Assembly (NCBI GenBank): GCA_965218425.1 | Contig: OZ244621.1 | Location: forward strand, 2,016,001 to 2,080,000 | DNA: 64,000 nucleotides | Origin: an uncultured Candidatus Binatia bacterium | GTDB taxonomy: Bacteria; Desulfobacterota; Binatia; UBA9968; CAXXLF01 | Direction: 5' to 3' | Part shown: positions 47,625 to 57,895 of the stretch, one piece after another | Layout of the letters: every line of letters begins with the position of its first letter | How positions within the stretch are numbered: the stretch's first letter is position 1 | The notes under the pieces: generated by a model | What the model was told of the DNA's origin: nothing | Databases searched by the model: none | What the model saw: the letters and a program-made list of their open reading frames with translations, nothing else | Made by a program: the position numbers and the translations under genes

Positions 47625-48650
47625 TTACAGGGGAGGCTTTGATTCCGGGGAGGGAGATTCATCCTGCGAGGTGTTAACGAGTGCTCTTCGTCTCAAACGT
47701 GCGACCTTTTCGCGCGGTTCCCTGATATTCTCGCGGATGCCAAGCCAATTCCATTGATCCGGATACTGACGAACCATCTTCTCCAGGTGGCCTGAAAACA
47801 GGGTTACATTGGCCGTCACATCCTCCCGTAAAGCTCCCGTCTGCTGAAGTTGAAATTCAGGACTAATCTGCAGGGTCAGCCGGTTCTCTTGGTCACGGGT
47901 CATAAACATCGGTAAGAGTGATGCGCCAGCGCGCATGGCTAAAGTCACCGGACCTCGTGGGACAGGAAAACGCTGGCCAAATATCTCCACTTCGGGTCCA
48001 CTGGTTTTCAACTCGTCCGCAATCATGAGGACCACTTCATTTGCTTTTAATGCTCTAAGTACCTCTTGAACCGCCTGCCTGCGGGGCCGTGCCGAGATGG
48101 TTTTGATCCTTACCCGATGGCGGAGATCGTCCATCAAACGAGCAAACCCCTGATCCTTTGATTGCTTCACCACCACATTGAATGGGTATCCTTCCGCTTC
48201 GAGACGGGTACCGATCAATGTAAAGGTTCCCAGATGAGCGCTCAGCGCGATGACTCCCTTCTTTTTTTCCAGAGCTCGTTTTAGGTGTTTCTCTCCCACA
48301 AGGGTAACCGTAGAGCGAATCCTCTCTTTGGGGGCATCAATAGCCATGGCCGTTTCTTGAATTCCCCGGGCAAAGTTCCGCCATGCCTTGCGCACTAGTT
48401 CTTTTCTCTCCTTTCCGGTTGGAAACTCTTTACTCATGACAATGGAAAGATTTTGTTCCATTCGCTTTGGGTATTTCCAAAGAAGATGGGCTGTAAGGTT
48501 GGCCCCAACTCGAATGAATGTAGATAGAACGCTTTGCGGGGTCCAGGGGAGTAGCCGAACAAACCCCCTTACAAAGAATTCCCCTATTCGATATCGCAAC
48601 CAATAGGAATAATTTCGCAGCCCTTTTTTGATTTTAGTGGGTTGGGCCAT
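47625..48650 (-). CDS. Lipid A acyltransferase (LpxL/HtrB family)
   Basis: GVIALSAHLG, ALKANEVVLMIAD and YPDQWNW. Confidence 0.85.
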   Translation of the reverse strand: MAQPTKIKKGLRNYSYWLRYRIGEFFVRGFVRLLPWTPQSVLSTFIRVGANLTAHLLWKYPKRMEQNLSIVMSKEFPTGKERKELVRKAWRNFARGIQETAMAIDAPKERIRSTVTLVGEKHLKRALEKKKGVIALSAHLGTFTLIGTRLEAEGYPFNVVVKQSKDQGFARLMDDLRHRVRIKTISARPRRQAVQEVLRALKANEVVLMIADELKTSGPEVEIFGQRFPVPRGPVTLAMRAGASLLPMFMTRDQENRLTLQISPEFQLQQTGALREDVTANVTLFSGHLEKMVRQYPDQWNWLGIRENIREPREKVARLRRRALVNTSQDESPSPESKPPL

Positions 48651-48695
48651 GTGTAATAGGTTGGATCTTACGAAGGAATTTGGTGAATCTTAGTG

Positions 48696-48729
48696 AAAGG
48701 CGGTGGCCAAACTTCTCCACCGCCTTTTT
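48696..48729. terminator. Intrinsic terminator hairpin
   Basis: AAAGGCGGTGG-loop-CCACCGCCTTT, an 11-bp perfect stem flanked by A/T runs, downstream of the isc cluster. Confidence 0.7.
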
Positions 48730-48746
48730 GATTTGGTTAATCCGCC

Positions 48747-49202
48747 TTACCGGCCTGCCGCTTTACGAATTCTCCGCACAGAACCGCGGGACACAAGGGA
48801 GCTCTTTTTCCGCCCCCTTTTCTGAGCCAATCGATAGACCTGAGCCTTGGGGCGTTTGGTCACATTTTTCTCTTTCCACCGCTGGAGCCCCTCTCGGATG
48901 TACGTGGGATTCAGACCAAGGGACTCACAGATATTGTCAAAGGAAAAGAGCCACTCGGTGGTCTCCGCGCTAATCCACTGTTCCGCCTCCCGCAACAGGC
49001 TCTTCCCGCGAGCGTCTCGAGTGAACGCGTACTTCTGAAAACAGGCCACCGCATCTTCCAGGACGGACAGCATGAGCTTTTTTTCCGGCTCTAGGTGCGT
49101 CTTCCTGCGGACGGTCTCAAGGTACTGGGCTGGAAGGACCGTGTCAGGTTGAAACAGAGAGGCTACCTTCTCTTCCAAGCTCAGGCTTGATTCATATGTC
49201 AT
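48747..49202 (-). CDS. Hypothetical protein with basic C-terminus
   Basis: Clean ORF with GGGAGG RBS; contains EPEKKLMLSVLEDAV and FSFDNICESLGLNP. Confidence 0.7.
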   Translation of the reverse strand: MTYESSLSLEEKVASLFQPDTVLPAQYLETVRRKTHLEPEKKLMLSVLEDAVACFQKYAFTRDARGKSLLREAEQWISAETTEWLFSFDNICESLGLNPTYIREGLQRWKEKNVTKRPKAQVYRLAQKRGRKKSSLVSRGSVRRIRKAAGR

Positions 49203-49260
49203 AAAAACCACCTCCCTTTCGGCTACGGCCTGTCAGCAATTAATTCTCCAAGGGGCCGTT

Positions 49261-49644
49261 TCATGCCGCATTCGAAAGAGAAGCCGACGACAGCGCCCCG
49301 GAGGGAGTCAGCTTCGCATCTGCTAAGGTCGTACGCGCAAAAGTATCGATTATTTTTCGTTGGATCTCACTCCAGACCACTAATCCGGTGTATGGTTCGT
49401 CCATAAGAACGTTGAGGGTGATTTTGTGGTTGGGTCGCGCCAGGCTATAACCTCCATCATCGAAGCCGCGTTTGGATTTGACCAGTCCACTACGAGTCAG
49501 GTTTTGGATGATCTTTCCCAGGAATTTCCTTGGGAGACCTTGGTTCTCAGCGATTTCCCCGCTGGAGCGCTTCTTTTCCCGGTCCTGAGCGGCAAGGCAG
49601 GTCGCCGCACGTATGGCGTAATCTACTTTTCGAGGAATCTGCAT
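49261..49644 (-). CDS. Rrf2 family regulator lacking the Fe-S cysteine segment
   Basis: DYAIRA, EIAENQGLPRKFL and GLVKSKRG..GGYSLAR; no Cys triad after ITL. Confidence 0.8.
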   Translation of the reverse strand: MQIPRKVDYAIRAATCLAAQDREKKRSSGEIAENQGLPRKFLGKIIQNLTRSGLVKSKRGFDDGGYSLARPNHKITLNVLMDEPYTGLVVWSEIQRKIIDTFARTTLADAKLTPSGALSSASLSNAA

Positions 49645-49657
49645 GAACCCCATAGAA

Positions 49658-50851
49658 TTACCTCGTGGCCCCCACTGCCCTTGCCTGATCACCCACCTTC
49701 CCCAACGTTGAAAGACCCTGTAACCTTTTGACGATTCCCGGCATCTTTTCGTTTACAAAATCCACTTCTTCCACTGTATTATAGCGGCTCAGACTGAATC
49801 GCACCGCTCCTTGAATCCATGTGGGTGGCACCCCCATGGCCCTCAAGACATGTGATGGCTCCACCGATCCGGCCGTGCAGGCAGAGCCGGTGGAAGCGCA
49901 AATCCCGAATTCATCAAGAAGAACCAAAATTGCTTCTCCTTCCAAGAATTCAAGGCTCACGTTGAGCGTATTGGGAAGCCGCTCCCCTCGATGACCGTTG
50001 ACCCGGCAACCCACACTCGACACCAAGGACTTTTCCAATCGATCACGCAGGGCCTGCACCTGTTTCGTTTCTTTTGCAAGATTCTTGCGAGCCAGTTCGG
50101 CTGCCTCCGCCATTCCTATGATGCTTGCCACGTTCTCAGTCCCGGCCCTACGGTCCCGTTCCTGATGCCCGCCCACAATAAACGGACGGAAGGTGATACC
50201 CCTTTTTACATAAATGGCGCCCACCCCTTTGGGGGCGTGAAATTTGTGACCCGATAGGGTGAGCAAATCCACCGGACTATTTTTCACATTCAAAGGGATT
50301 TTTCCCGCCGCCTGCACCGCATCCACATGAAAGGGTATCCCTTTGGCCTTGGCAATCTCGCCCACGGCTTCAAAGGGGAAAATGACTCCGGTCTCATTGT
50401 TGGCGGCCATGACGGAAACGAGTGCCGTGTCGTCGCTCAAGGAATCCTTGAGTTCGTCCAGATCCAACACCCCATCCCCATCCACGTGAAGCCAGGTCAC
50501 GCGATATCCCTTCTTTTCGAGCTGCTGACAAAGACCAAAGACAGCGGGATGCTCCACCTGGGTCGTGACGATGTGGCGTTTTTCCGGGCGTGATTCGAGA
50601 ATGCCTCGGATGGCGGCGTTGTCGCCTTCAGTGCCACAACTGGTGAAAACCACCTCGATGGGATCAGAGGCCCCCAATAAAGCCGCTATTTTTTCCCTTG
50701 CCGCTTGAATCCTTCGCCCCACCTCGCTACCAAAACTATGGATGCTGGACGGGTTACCGTAAAGTTCCGTTAGGTACGGCTTCATGGCCTCAAAGGCCTC
50801 AGGCGCCACCCGTGTGGTGGCGTTATTGTCGAAATAGATTTGAGATCCCAT
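49658..50851 (-). CDS. nifS: Cysteine desulfurase NifS
   Basis: YFDNNATT, FTSCGTE, SGHKFHAPKG and STGSACT. Confidence 0.9.
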   Translation of the reverse strand: MGSQIYFDNNATTRVAPEAFEAMKPYLTELYGNPSSIHSFGSEVGRRIQAAREKIAALLGASDPIEVVFTSCGTEGDNAAIRGILESRPEKRHIVTTQVEHPAVFGLCQQLEKKGYRVTWLHVDGDGVLDLDELKDSLSDDTALVSVMAANNETGVIFPFEAVGEIAKAKGIPFHVDAVQAAGKIPLNVKNSPVDLLTLSGHKFHAPKGVGAIYVKRGITFRPFIVGGHQERDRRAGTENVASIIGMAEAAELARKNLAKETKQVQALRDRLEKSLVSSVGCRVNGHRGERLPNTLNVSLEFLEGEAILVLLDEFGICASTGSACTAGSVEPSHVLRAMGVPPTWIQGAVRFSLSRYNTVEEVDFVNEKMPGIVKRLQGLSTLGKVGDQARAVGATR

Positions 50852-50871
50852 AGGACTCCGGTTGCCCTACT

Positions 50872-51201
50872 CTAAACGGCAAATGAAGACCCACAACCGC
50901 AGGTCCGCTTTACATTTGGATTTTGGAAGACAAATCCCGATTGCATCAGGGTTTCCTGATATTCCAGTTCCGTACCCGTTAAATAGAGGAGGCTCTTTGT
51001 ATCAACGATGACCTTGGCGCCGGCATTTTCGAAAACGCGATCACCGGGTTTTGGGTTGTCGAAATCCAGCTTATAGTGAAGACCCGAGCATCCCCCGCCC
51101 ACAACTTTGACGCGCAACCCCTGGTCTTCTTTATTTTCAGAGACCATCATTCGTTTTATTTTGTCGGCAGCTTTATCGCTGATGGTAACTGCGGCTGACA
51201 T
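50872..51201 (-). CDS. iscA: A-type Fe-S carrier protein
   Basis: GGGCSG and NPN...TCGCGSSF. Confidence 0.92.
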   Translation of the reverse strand: MSAAVTISDKAADKIKRMMVSENKEDQGLRVKVVGGGCSGLHYKLDFDNPKPGDRVFENAGAKVIVDTKSLLYLTGTELEYQETLMQSGFVFQNPNVKRTCGCGSSFAV

Positions 51202-51228
51202 ACCTAGGGCCTCCTGTGGAACGAGAGT

Positions 51229-52461
51229 CTAAAGGGTCCCTTCCTGTAGTTTCGAATTAGCTGCCCGATGCTTCGAAACATCCGGCTTCGCCCCGCCAAA
51301 AGGCGAGGACAAATCACGCAAGCGCGAGACTTCTTGTGCTACCCGGTCAATGGTGTAATCCACTTCTTCTTCGGTATTAAATCGGCCAAGGCCAAAACGG
51401 ATGGAGGCGTTGGCCAGGTCTTCCTTGACCCCCAAGGCCCGAAGTACATGGGAAGGTTCAAACACCGCCGAGGTGCAGGTGGAACCCGAGGAGACTGCAA
51501 TCTCCTTTAAACCCATCAGTAAAGATTCTCCATCCACACCTGCAAAACTCATATTCAGGTTGCCGGGGAGACGGTGAGTGGTGTCCCCATTGAGAAACAC
51601 CCCGTCAAGCCGGCTAAATATCCCTTCCTTAAGCCTCTCCCTCAAACGGTTGAGGAGAGGTCCTTCGTCCGCCATTTGATCTTGGGCCAATTGGCAGGCC
51701 TTACCGAATCCGATGATGCCGGGGACATTCAGAGTTCCGGAACGCACCCCCTTTTCATGTCCGCCGCCATGGATGATCGGGGTGATACGGATCCTTGGTT
51801 GTTTTGCCCTTACATATAGAGCGCCAATTCCTTTCGGGCCATAGATCTTGTGTGCTGAGAAGGATAATAGATCGATTCCCATTTCGGTTACGTCCATGGG
51901 AATTTTTCCTACTCCCTGGGTTGCATCGCAATGGAAGATAACACCTCTTTCCTTAGCGATTCGTCCAATCTCTGCCAAGGGATGGATCGTTCCTATCTCG
52001 TTGTTTGCCGCCATGATAGAGATAAGAATGGTGTTTCCCTTGATTGCTTCACGTAACCTTTCCTTATCCACGAAACCAGAGGAATCCACAGGGAGATAGG
52101 TAACCTTATAACCCTGTCCCTCCAACGCCTTGCAACTGTCCAAAACCGCTTTGTGCTCCGTGGCACAGGTTACGATATGGTTTCCTTTCTCCTTGTATGA
52201 CTCTGCAATTCCAATGATGGCTAAGTTGTCCGACTCAGTAGCTCCACTGGTGAAAACGATTTCCTGGGGAGACGATGCGCCTATTAGCTGTGCAATTTGC
52301 TCTCTTGCCTCATCAACTCCGGCCTCAGCCTCCCAACCAAACTGATGGTTTCGACTTGCGGCATTGCCAAACCTATCACAAAAATAGGGCAGCATTTCAT
52401 CCAACACCCTAGAATCAACCGGGGTAGTTGCATGATTATCCATATATACAGGTATCTTCAC
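51229..52461 (-). CDS. iscS: Cysteine desulfurase IscS
   Basis: [29 protein letters not shown] and SSGSTCTS. Start at GTG 52461. Confidence 0.92.
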   Translation of the reverse strand: MKIPVYMDNHATTPVDSRVLDEMLPYFCDRFGNAASRNHQFGWEAEAGVDEAREQIAQLIGASSPQEIVFTSGATESDNLAIIGIAESYKEKGNHIVTCATEHKAVLDSCKALEGQGYKVTYLPVDSSGFVDKERLREAIKGNTILISIMAANNEIGTIHPLAEIGRIAKERGVIFHCDATQGVGKIPMDVTEMGIDLLSFSAHKIYGPKGIGALYVRAKQPRIRITPIIHGGGHEKGVRSGTLNVPGIIGFGKACQLAQDQMADEGPLLNRLRERLKEGIFSRLDGVFLNGDTTHRLPGNLNMSFAGVDGESLLMGLKEIAVSSGSTCTSAVFEPSHVLRALGVKEDLANASIRFGLGRFNTEEEVDYTIDRVAQEVSRLRDLSSPFGGAKPDVSKHRAANSKLQEGTL

Positions 52462-52473
52462 CGTATCTTCCCC

Positions 52474-52556
52474 CCTGCTGATCAAGTTTAGTCAACAGGA
52501 GATACAAATTCAGACTTATTGGGTCTTATATATACGATGCCGACTGTGATGTCAAG
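52474..52556 (-). promoter_or_regulatory. Promoter and Rrf2/IscR-like operator candidate for the isc cluster
   Basis: Minus strand TTGACA-N17-TATATA, and imperfect palindrome CCTGTTGACTAAACTTGATCAGCAGG resembling IscR type-1 sites. Confidence 0.5.
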
Positions 52557-52592
52557 GCCATTTCTCATAAATTGGGTATCAAATGGTACATT

Positions 52593-55142
52593 TTAAACTA
52601 TTGTTTTATTTTGCTTCTTGAGTATTTTGCTTAGAAATTTTCCAGTGTACGATTTTGCTGTAGACGATACTTCTTCAGGTGTTCCTTTCGCTATAATTTC
52701 GCCTCCAGATTCACCGCCAGCAGGTCCTAGGTCAATAATATAATCAGCCGACTTGGCTACGTCCAGGTTGTGCTCAATGGTGATTACCGTATTTCCCAAT
52801 TCGGTAAGCCGGGTGAGTACCTCCAGAAGCTTCTTAATGTCAGCAAAGTGGAGCCCGGTGGTGGGTTCGTCAAGGATGTATAACGTTTTTCCTGTGGATT
52901 TCTTGCTTAATTCTCGAGCTAACTTAATACGTTGCGCCTCTCCTCCGGATAGTGTCGTGGCAGATTGCCCGAGGTGAATATAGCCCAGGCCCACATCTCT
53001 CAACGTTTCTAGTTTAATCCTTATTATTGGAATATTTCCCAAAAATTCCAGGGCCTGATTCACCGTCAGGTCTAAAACCTCCGAGATGTTCATGCCCTTA
53101 TACAGCACATCCAATGTCTCCCGGTTGTATCGGCGCCCATTGCAAACTTCACAAGTCACAAAGACATCGGGCAGGAAGTGCATCTCAATTCTAATAATCC
53201 CGTCTCCAGCGCATGCCTCACATCGACCCCCCTTTACATTGAATGAGAACCTGCCGGGTTGATATCCCCTCATCCTTGCATCGGGCAGTTGGGCGAAGAG
53301 ATCACGTATATGACTGAAAAGACCTGTAAAGGTGGCGGGATTGGAACGTGGAGTCCGTCCAATGGGGCTTTGATTGATATTGATGACTCTATCGAAATGT
53401 TCCCATCCCCCGATATCGTCGAAGCTCAGCTCCTTTCTCTTGGAAGGGAGCATCCGGGGGGCCAATGCTTTGTACAATGTATCCACCACTAAACTGCTCT
53501 TTCCCGAACCGGACACTCCGGTAACACAGGTCATCGCGCCAACCGGGAATTCCACGGTAATCCCCTTAAGATTATTTTTTCTAGCCCCTTTGATGATCAG
53601 GGTCCTGCCATTGCCGCGACGACGATGGCCTGGGGTGGGGATCACCTTGCGGCCTGAAAGGTAATCACCCGTTAAGGATTGAGCGGATTCCATTATCTCA
53701 TGGGATGTCCCTTGCGCGACCACCTCCCCACCGTTCACACCAGCCCCCGGTCCCATGTCGATGACATGATCGGCCTGAAGTATCGTCTCCTCATCATGCT
53801 CCACCACCAACACTGTGTTGCCTAATTCTTTGAGATCTTTGAGGATGGCCAGCAGGCGGGTGTTGTCTCTAGGGTGAAGCCCGATGGTGGGCTCATCAAG
53901 GATATAGACCACACCAGCAAGTCCAGATCCGATTTGGGTAGCGAGTCGAATCCTCTGTGCCTCTCCTCCCGAGAGGGTGGAAGAGCCGCGATCGAGGCTT
54001 AAGTAATCCAAACCCACCTGGTCGATAAAGTGTAGTCGACTGCTTATCTCCTTCAATATCCTCTGGGCAATGGTCTCTTCCTGAGCGTTGAGTTTCAGAT
54101 CAGAAAAAAACTTGAGGGTCTCTTTGATGGGAAGAGAGCTCACCTCTGCAATGTTCCTATTGCTTATCTTTACATGGAGACTCTCCATTCTGAGCCGCGT
54201 CCCGTTGCACTTTTCACAGGGACTGGGATTCAACGGTAGCTGAGCCTCTTCGGCCAGGGTTTCAGGATTGATTTTGCTACCCAGCCCACCGCATGCCGGG
54301 CACGCGCCCTGAGGACTGTTGAACGAAAACATGCGCGGACTGATCTCCGGGTACGATACCCCGCACTGAACGCAGGCGAATTTCTGGCTGAAGAGCATGG
54401 TCCTTGCGCCGTCTTCCCTTGTGCCGGATTGGATCTCTATCTTGATCACTTCATTGCCGTGACGGGAGGCGACCTCGAGTGAATCCGCCAAACGCTTTTC
54501 CATACCAGACCGCAATACGAGACGGTCCACCATCAAATCGATACTGTGGGGGACTTCCTTTTTAAGCCTGATGTCCTGATCCAGTTCGTGAATTTTCCCG
54601 TCAACTTTGATACGCAGGAAGCCGGCTTTGGCCAGGTGCCTAATCTCTTGACGGTATTCGCCTTTTCGTTTCACGGCGATGGGCGCCAGGATATGAATGC
54701 GGGTTTGCGGCGCAAAGGAGAGAACGCGGTCCACTACCTGTTGAATGGTCTGGGCGGATATTTCGTTTCCGCAGGAATAGCAGATGGGTCTACCAATCCG
54801 AGCGAACAGGAGCCTCAAGTGATCGTAGATTTCCGTAACCGTGCCAACGGTTGAGCGTGGGTTACGGCTCGCGGTCTTTTGCTCAATGGAGATGGCGGGG
54901 GAGAGCCCCTCAATGGAGTCCACATCGGGTCTTCCCAGTTGCTCGAGGAATTGGCGAGCATAGGCCGACAGGGACTCCACATAACGTCTCTGTCCCTCTG
55001 CATATATCGTGTCAAAGGCGAGTGAAGACTTGCCGGATCCAGAAACGCCGGTGACGACTACGAGGCTGTCACGAGGGATCTCAAGGTCAATGTCCTTTAA
55101 GTTATGGACCCTTGCCCCCTTGATGACGATCTTACCTGGCAT
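52593..55142 (-). CDS. uvrA: Excinuclease ABC subunit A
   Basis: Two GVSGSGKS Walker A motifs, two LSGGEAQR signatures and zinc fingers; only 849 aa. Confidence 0.96.
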   Translation of the reverse strand: MPGKIVIKGARVHNLKDIDLEIPRDSLVVVTGVSGSGKSSLAFDTIYAEGQRRYVESLSAYARQFLEQLGRPDVDSIEGLSPAISIEQKTASRNPRSTVGTVTEIYDHLRLLFARIGRPICYSCGNEISAQTIQQVVDRVLSFAPQTRIHILAPIAVKRKGEYRQEIRHLAKAGFLRIKVDGKIHELDQDIRLKKEVPHSIDLMVDRLVLRSGMEKRLADSLEVASRHGNEVIKIEIQSGTREDGARTMLFSQKFACVQCGVSYPEISPRMFSFNSPQGACPACGGLGSKINPETLAEEAQLPLNPSPCEKCNGTRLRMESLHVKISNRNIAEVSSLPIKETLKFFSDLKLNAQEETIAQRILKEISSRLHFIDQVGLDYLSLDRGSSTLSGGEAQRIRLATQIGSGLAGVVYILDEPTIGLHPRDNTRLLAILKDLKELGNTVLVVEHDEETILQADHVIDMGPGAGVNGGEVVAQGTSHEIMESAQSLTGDYLSGRKVIPTPGHRRRGNGRTLIIKGARKNNLKGITVEFPVGAMTCVTGVSGSGKSSLVVDTLYKALAPRMLPSKRKELSFDDIGGWEHFDRVININQSPIGRTPRSNPATFTGLFSHIRDLFAQLPDARMRGYQPGRFSFNVKGGRCEACAGDGIIRIEMHFLPDVFVTCEVCNGRRYNRETLDVLYKGMNISEVLDLTVNQALEFLGNIPIIRIKLETLRDVGLGYIHLGQSATTLSGGEAQRIKLARELSKKSTGKTLYILDEPTTGLHFADIKKLLEVLTRLTELGNTVITIEHNLDVAKSADYIIDLGPAGGESGGEIIAKGTPEEVSSTAKSYTGKFLSKILKKQNKTIV

Positions 55143-55149
55143 CTCTTAC

Positions 55150-55230
55150 GTTAGCCGCAGATTAAAGCAGATTGGGGAACAGCATAGCGCAAAGAGCATG
55201 GCGTGCCTTGCTTCTTTGCGCGAGTCATCT
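55150..55230. repeat. Composite intergenic repeat island
   Basis: GTTAGCCGCAGATTAAAGCAGAT, AGCATAGCGCAAAGAGCATGGCG and CTTTGCGCGAG. Confidence 0.65.
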
Positions 55231-55269
55231 TTGCTCAGGTTCCGGGATCCGAAATCCGACGGAAAATTT

Positions 55270-56634
55270 CTAATATTGTTGATCTTTCTGCAGCTCGTGC
55301 AATTTCCCTTCGATGATTTCACGGTACTGATCGAGCCGGGCTGCGCTCTTGGCTTCAAACCGCAGGACCAGTGCAGGTTGGGTGTTGGAAGCACGGATGA
55401 GACCCCAACCTTCGGGAAATTCGACTCGGACGCCGTCTACATCCACAACCTCATAGTGCTGGCGGAAATATTCCTTGGCCTTTTCCGTAAGACTAAATTT
55501 CAAGTCGTCCGGACAGTCAATCCGAATCTCTGGGGTGGACACGCTCTTCGGAAGATCGGCGAGTAGCGTCGACAAAGGGCGACCCGCTTGAGCTAAGATC
55601 TCAAGGAGGCGCAGGGAGGCGTATATGGCATCATCGTAACCAAAGTATCGGTCGGCAAAAAACATGTGGCCGCTCATTTCACCGGCCAAAAGCGCGTGGG
55701 TCTCCTTCATTTTGGCTTTGATCAGTGAATGGCCTGCCTTCCACATGATGGGCACTCCACCCCTCAGGGAAATGTCATCGAAGAGTCTTTGGGAGCACTT
55801 GACCTCGGAGATAATGACGGCCCCCGGATTTTTTTTGAGGATTTCTCGGGAGAAGAGGATCAAGATCTCATCCCCCCAGAGAATATTCCCGTTTTCGTCC
55901 ACGGCTCCGATACGGTCTCCATCGCCGTCATAGGCGATACCTAGATCCGCTTTTTCCTCTCTCACTTTTCCAATGAGGTCTTGGAGATTGTCTGGAATCG
56001 TAGGATCCGGATGATGAATGGGAAAAGTTCCATCCGGGATGCAGGCCACTTCCCAGACGGTGCAGCCTAATTGACGCGCTATGGGTGGCGCCACGGGTCC
56101 CGCCACTCCACTTCCGGCGTCCAGGACGACTCTTAGGGGGCGTTGCAAGGTGGGGATGTCGCGTAGAACATGCTCTTCGTAAACTGGAATAATGGCATAA
56201 CTCTCACTCTTTCCTCCCCCTCGCTCCCGGTAGTTTCCGGCCTCCATTTTTCTCCCCAGCTCTTGGATCTGGGAGCCGAAAAGGGTGTCTTTCCCAACAC
56301 AGACCTTGAATCCGTTGTACTCAGACGTGTTGTGGCTGGCGGTGATCTGGACGCCCCCGTCTAGATCGAGGTGAAAGAGTGAAAAATAAAGGAGAGGAGT
56401 TGGACAAATGCCGAGGTCATAGACATGAAGACCAGTAGAGCGGAGGCCTTCGATCACTGCGTTGGCGTAAACGTTGGATGTGGGGCGGTAGTCCCGTCCC
56501 ACGGCTACACGCTTGCCACCCTTTTCGCTGATGGTTGTTCCGTGTACCTTGCCGAGGAGCCGGGCAAATTCCTCATCAAAGTCCTTTTCCGCCAGACCTC
56601 GAATATCATACTCGCGGAAGATATATGGATTCAT
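55270..56634 (-). CDS. Phosphomannomutase/phosphoglucomutase (AlgC-like)
   Basis: [26 protein letters not shown] and RASNT. Confidence 0.94.
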   Translation of the reverse strand: MNPYIFREYDIRGLAEKDFDEEFARLLGKVHGTTISEKGGKRVAVGRDYRPTSNVYANAVIEGLRSTGLHVYDLGICPTPLLYFSLFHLDLDGGVQITASHNTSEYNGFKVCVGKDTLFGSQIQELGRKMEAGNYRERGGGKSESYAIIPVYEEHVLRDIPTLQRPLRVVLDAGSGVAGPVAPPIARQLGCTVWEVACIPDGTFPIHHPDPTIPDNLQDLIGKVREEKADLGIAYDGDGDRIGAVDENGNILWGDEILILFSREILKKNPGAVIISEVKCSQRLFDDISLRGGVPIMWKAGHSLIKAKMKETHALLAGEMSGHMFFADRYFGYDDAIYASLRLLEILAQAGRPLSTLLADLPKSVSTPEIRIDCPDDLKFSLTEKAKEYFRQHYEVVDVDGVRVEFPEGWGLIRASNTQPALVLRFEAKSAARLDQYREIIEGKLHELQKDQQY

Positions 56635-57644
56635 TTCTTTGGTCCCCTTTTTCTACGCGCGAGTTTGGATGCCAGTAAAATGGCTTCTTTCATACTTGTT
56701 CCGTCAGCCTTGTTTTTTCCAGCAATACCGTAGGCTGTACCATGATCGGCCGAAGTCCTTATGATGGGAAGGCCCAGGGTAAGGTTAACGCCGTCGACAA
56801 AATGAAGCAACTTGAGTGGTCCTAAACCTTGGTCGTGATACATGCAAACCACCGAATCGTAGTCGCCCCGGGCTGCCTGATAGAATAAGCTGTCGGCCGC
56901 GAAGGGGCCATGGGCTCGTACCCCTTGCTGCCGAGCGTCTTTTACCGCGGGGTGGATCACTTTTTTTTCCTCCAAGCCAAAAATTCCCTCCTCACCGGCA
57001 TGGGGGTTTAAGCCGGCAACGGCAAGGCGAGGACGGGGGATCCCAAAGTATTCACGCAGCGCCTTGTGGGTGAGCACCAACGTCGACCGCACCTTGCTTC
57101 GAGTGACCGCCTCGCTGACCTGGGTCAAAGGAAGGTGGACGGTAACGAGAACCACCTTCAAATTCCTCCCCAACAGCATCATCCGGCATTCTTTTGTCCG
57201 GGTCATCTCCGCGAGCATTTCTGTATGTCCCGGATAGCGGTGTCCTGCCAGGTGGAGGACTCTCTTACTGATGGGTGCCGTCGCCAATGCATCGGCGGTT
57301 CTACCAAGGACGAGCTCCACGGCAGTGCCAATATAGCGGTAGGCCGCCTCACCGCAAGGCCTAGACGGGTAGCCGGGTCTATAGTCTTTGCGAGAGAGTT
57401 TGGTGAGAGATAGAACGGGTACCATGCCTTGATGCCTCGGCAGAGAATGCCCAATCTGCCAGGGAACTAACTTAAAGGGTTGTTTTGTCTCCCGCCTTTG
57501 GGTGAATTGAAGAACTCCAAGGTCCCCAATAATTAGCGGATGGCATGCATTTCTAACCTCCGGGCGTTTGAGGGCCTTGAGGACCACTTCTGGTCCTACG
57601 CCTGCAGGATCACCTATGGTGATAGCCACAATGGGTTTGGCCAT
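56631..57644 (-). CDS. pdxA: 4-hydroxythreonine-4-phosphate dehydrogenase
   Basis: GDPAGVGPE, PGHTE, LNPHAGE, MYHDQG and RTSADHGT. Confidence 0.95.
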   Translation of the reverse strand: MAKPIVAITIGDPAGVGPEVVLKALKRPEVRNACHPLIIGDLGVLQFTQRRETKQPFKLVPWQIGHSLPRHQGMVPVLSLTKLSRKDYRPGYPSRPCGEAAYRYIGTAVELVLGRTADALATAPISKRVLHLAGHRYPGHTEMLAEMTRTKECRMMLLGRNLKVVLVTVHLPLTQVSEAVTRSKVRSTLVLTHKALREYFGIPRPRLAVAGLNPHAGEEGIFGLEEKKVIHPAVKDARQQGVRAHGPFAADSLFYQAARGDYDSVVCMYHDQGLGPLKLLHFVDGVNLTLGLPIIRTSADHGTAYGIAGKNKADGTSMKEAILLASKLARRKRGPKK

Positions 57645-57660
57645 CTTAACTTTCTTCTCT

Positions 57661-57800
57661 TACCCCGTGCCGCAAAATGCAGGTTATGTACCGTCCATCG
57701 ACCCGGGGCTCCCATCCACCTGAGACCCAGACGAAGGGTCGGCGGGCTGGGATGAGTTTCCTAATCTTATCCAGTTGGCCCTGGAGAGTTACCCGGGGTA
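57661..57800 (-). ncRNA. Candidate structured RNA in the surA-pdxA spacer
   Basis: Closing stem TACCCCG/CGGGGTA encloses three hairpins; no known family recognised. Confidence 0.35.
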
Positions 57801-57895
57801 TTAGACCGGTTTAGAAAGGGTTCGCCCGTCCAATGCTTTGGAAATGAAACCCTGGATTTTTCGGAATCGTTTAGCTCCTGGCAAGCCTCAGAGTC

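Noticed and set aside
57661..57800. Assignment as 6S RNA, SRP RNA or a TPP/glycine/fluoride riboswitch
   Set aside because: Only short partial motif matches; the required cores are absent. Kept as an unassigned candidate.
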